DNA of 63,548 nt, counting the filler, from Octopus bimaculoides (lineage: Eukaryota): NCBI RefSeq assembly GCF_001194135.2. It is 3 parts of 3 records of this genome, joined end to end, with 100 filler letters (N's around TTAATTAATTAA, not from the genome) between each part and the next. Parts side by side here need not be neighbours in the genome. Positions count along the whole stretch, not along the records: positions 37,495 to 63,548 come from NC_068993.1; 2 more parts are not named here. One strand, given 5' to 3'. Below are positions 62,649-63,548 of the stretch, piece after piece. Positions within the stretch are counted from its first letter, which is position 1. Each line of letters begins with the position of its first letter. Made by a program: the position numbers and the translations under genes. The notes under the pieces are model-generated. The model was not told the DNA's origin, did not search any database, and saw nothing but the letters and a program-made list of their open reading frames with translations.

Positions 62649-63542
62649 GCTCTGCAGTAATTTTGGGTGCTGTACTTTTGTGATCCTTTCTAACAATTCG
62701 CGTAAGAGTACTGCAGAGCTTAATGACCACCTCGAGAACCCAGTTTCCACAAAAGCTGTTCGCCGGAATTTGCACAGAGCCAGATTTCACGAGAGAGCTG
62801 CAATCAGAAAAGCACTACTTTAAAAAACAAACGTTGCAAAGCGTTTAGAGTGGAGTAAAAACCTACAGAATTGGTCCCTACAGCAGTGGAAGAATGTTAT
62901 TTTCTCAGACAAGTCATCTTTTACCTTATTTCAGACCACCGGCCTAATATACGTGTGGAGACAGCCAAAAGGAGCATTTGACCCAGACTGCTTTCTTCCC
63001 ACTGTTAAACATGGAGGAGGATCTGTGATGATCTGGTGGGGGGAGCTATATCGTGGAAATCCGCCGGCTCAATGGTTTCCCTTCATGGTAGAATTAATAG
63101 TCAAGACTATTTAAGCATTTCATCTGATCAACTTCATCCTATGTTTGCGGAACTGTTTCCAGAGGGAAACGCAATCTTTCAGGATGATAGTGCACCAATT
63201 CACACAGCTAAAGTTGTTACTGAATGGCACGAGGAACATTCTAGTGAAGTTGAATATCTTATATGACCATTACAATGCCCAGATCTCAGTATTATTGAAC
63301 ATTTATGGTGCATTTTAGAAAAACAAGTAAGGAGTCGATATCCTCTACCATCACTACTACAAGAACTGGAGACCGTTTTAGCTGAAGAATAGACAAAAAT
63401 TCCTTTGGAAACAATTCAAACTTTGTACGAGTCCATATCTTGTAGAATTCAAGTCGTAATTACTGCCAAAGGCGGTCCTATCCCGTATTAAAATAAATTT
63501 GTTTGAAATTTAAGGTGTTTCCATTATTTTGTCCAACTCCCG
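62649..63542 (+). mobile_element. Tc1 3' part (same family as 43819) with an inverted 61-bp segment at its 5' junction
   Basis: 62710 onward is colinear with about 44260-45000 and continues to the right TIR aaggtgtttccattattttgtccaactcccg|TA. 62649-62709 is the reverse complement of the segment at about 44209-44269. Confidence 0.92.
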
Positions 63543-63548
63543 TATATA

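Overview
AT-rich eukaryotic genomic DNA with very dense microsatellites and about 20 N-gaps. The SINE, LINE and microsatellite content is strongly suggestive of an octopus draft assembly (inference, not verified). I found no host gene I can name: nearly all ORFs in the track are microsatellite or N-run artefacts or transposon debris. The window is a mosaic of at least four tRNA-derived SINE types, non-LTR retrotransposon fragments (RTE-like with C-terminal C2H2 fingers, Tx1/L1-like, R4/Dong-like, a second RLE-type tail), mariner and Tc1 remnants, hAT-type MITEs and a Helitron cluster (9.7-12.7 kb). The most notable signal is a set of type I hammerhead ribozyme motifs at 31.9-36.3 kb. Two look intact, one is slightly damaged and one decayed, with half-motifs elsewhere. 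They share the catalytic core but differ in stem sequences and sit in inverted repeats typical of Penelope-like pseudo-LTRs or retrozymes. One weak candidate terminal coding exon with a hydrophobic, GPI-signal-like tail lies at 40966-41160. All alignments and folds were done by eye; the exact junctions I describe were counted, other element boundaries are approximate.
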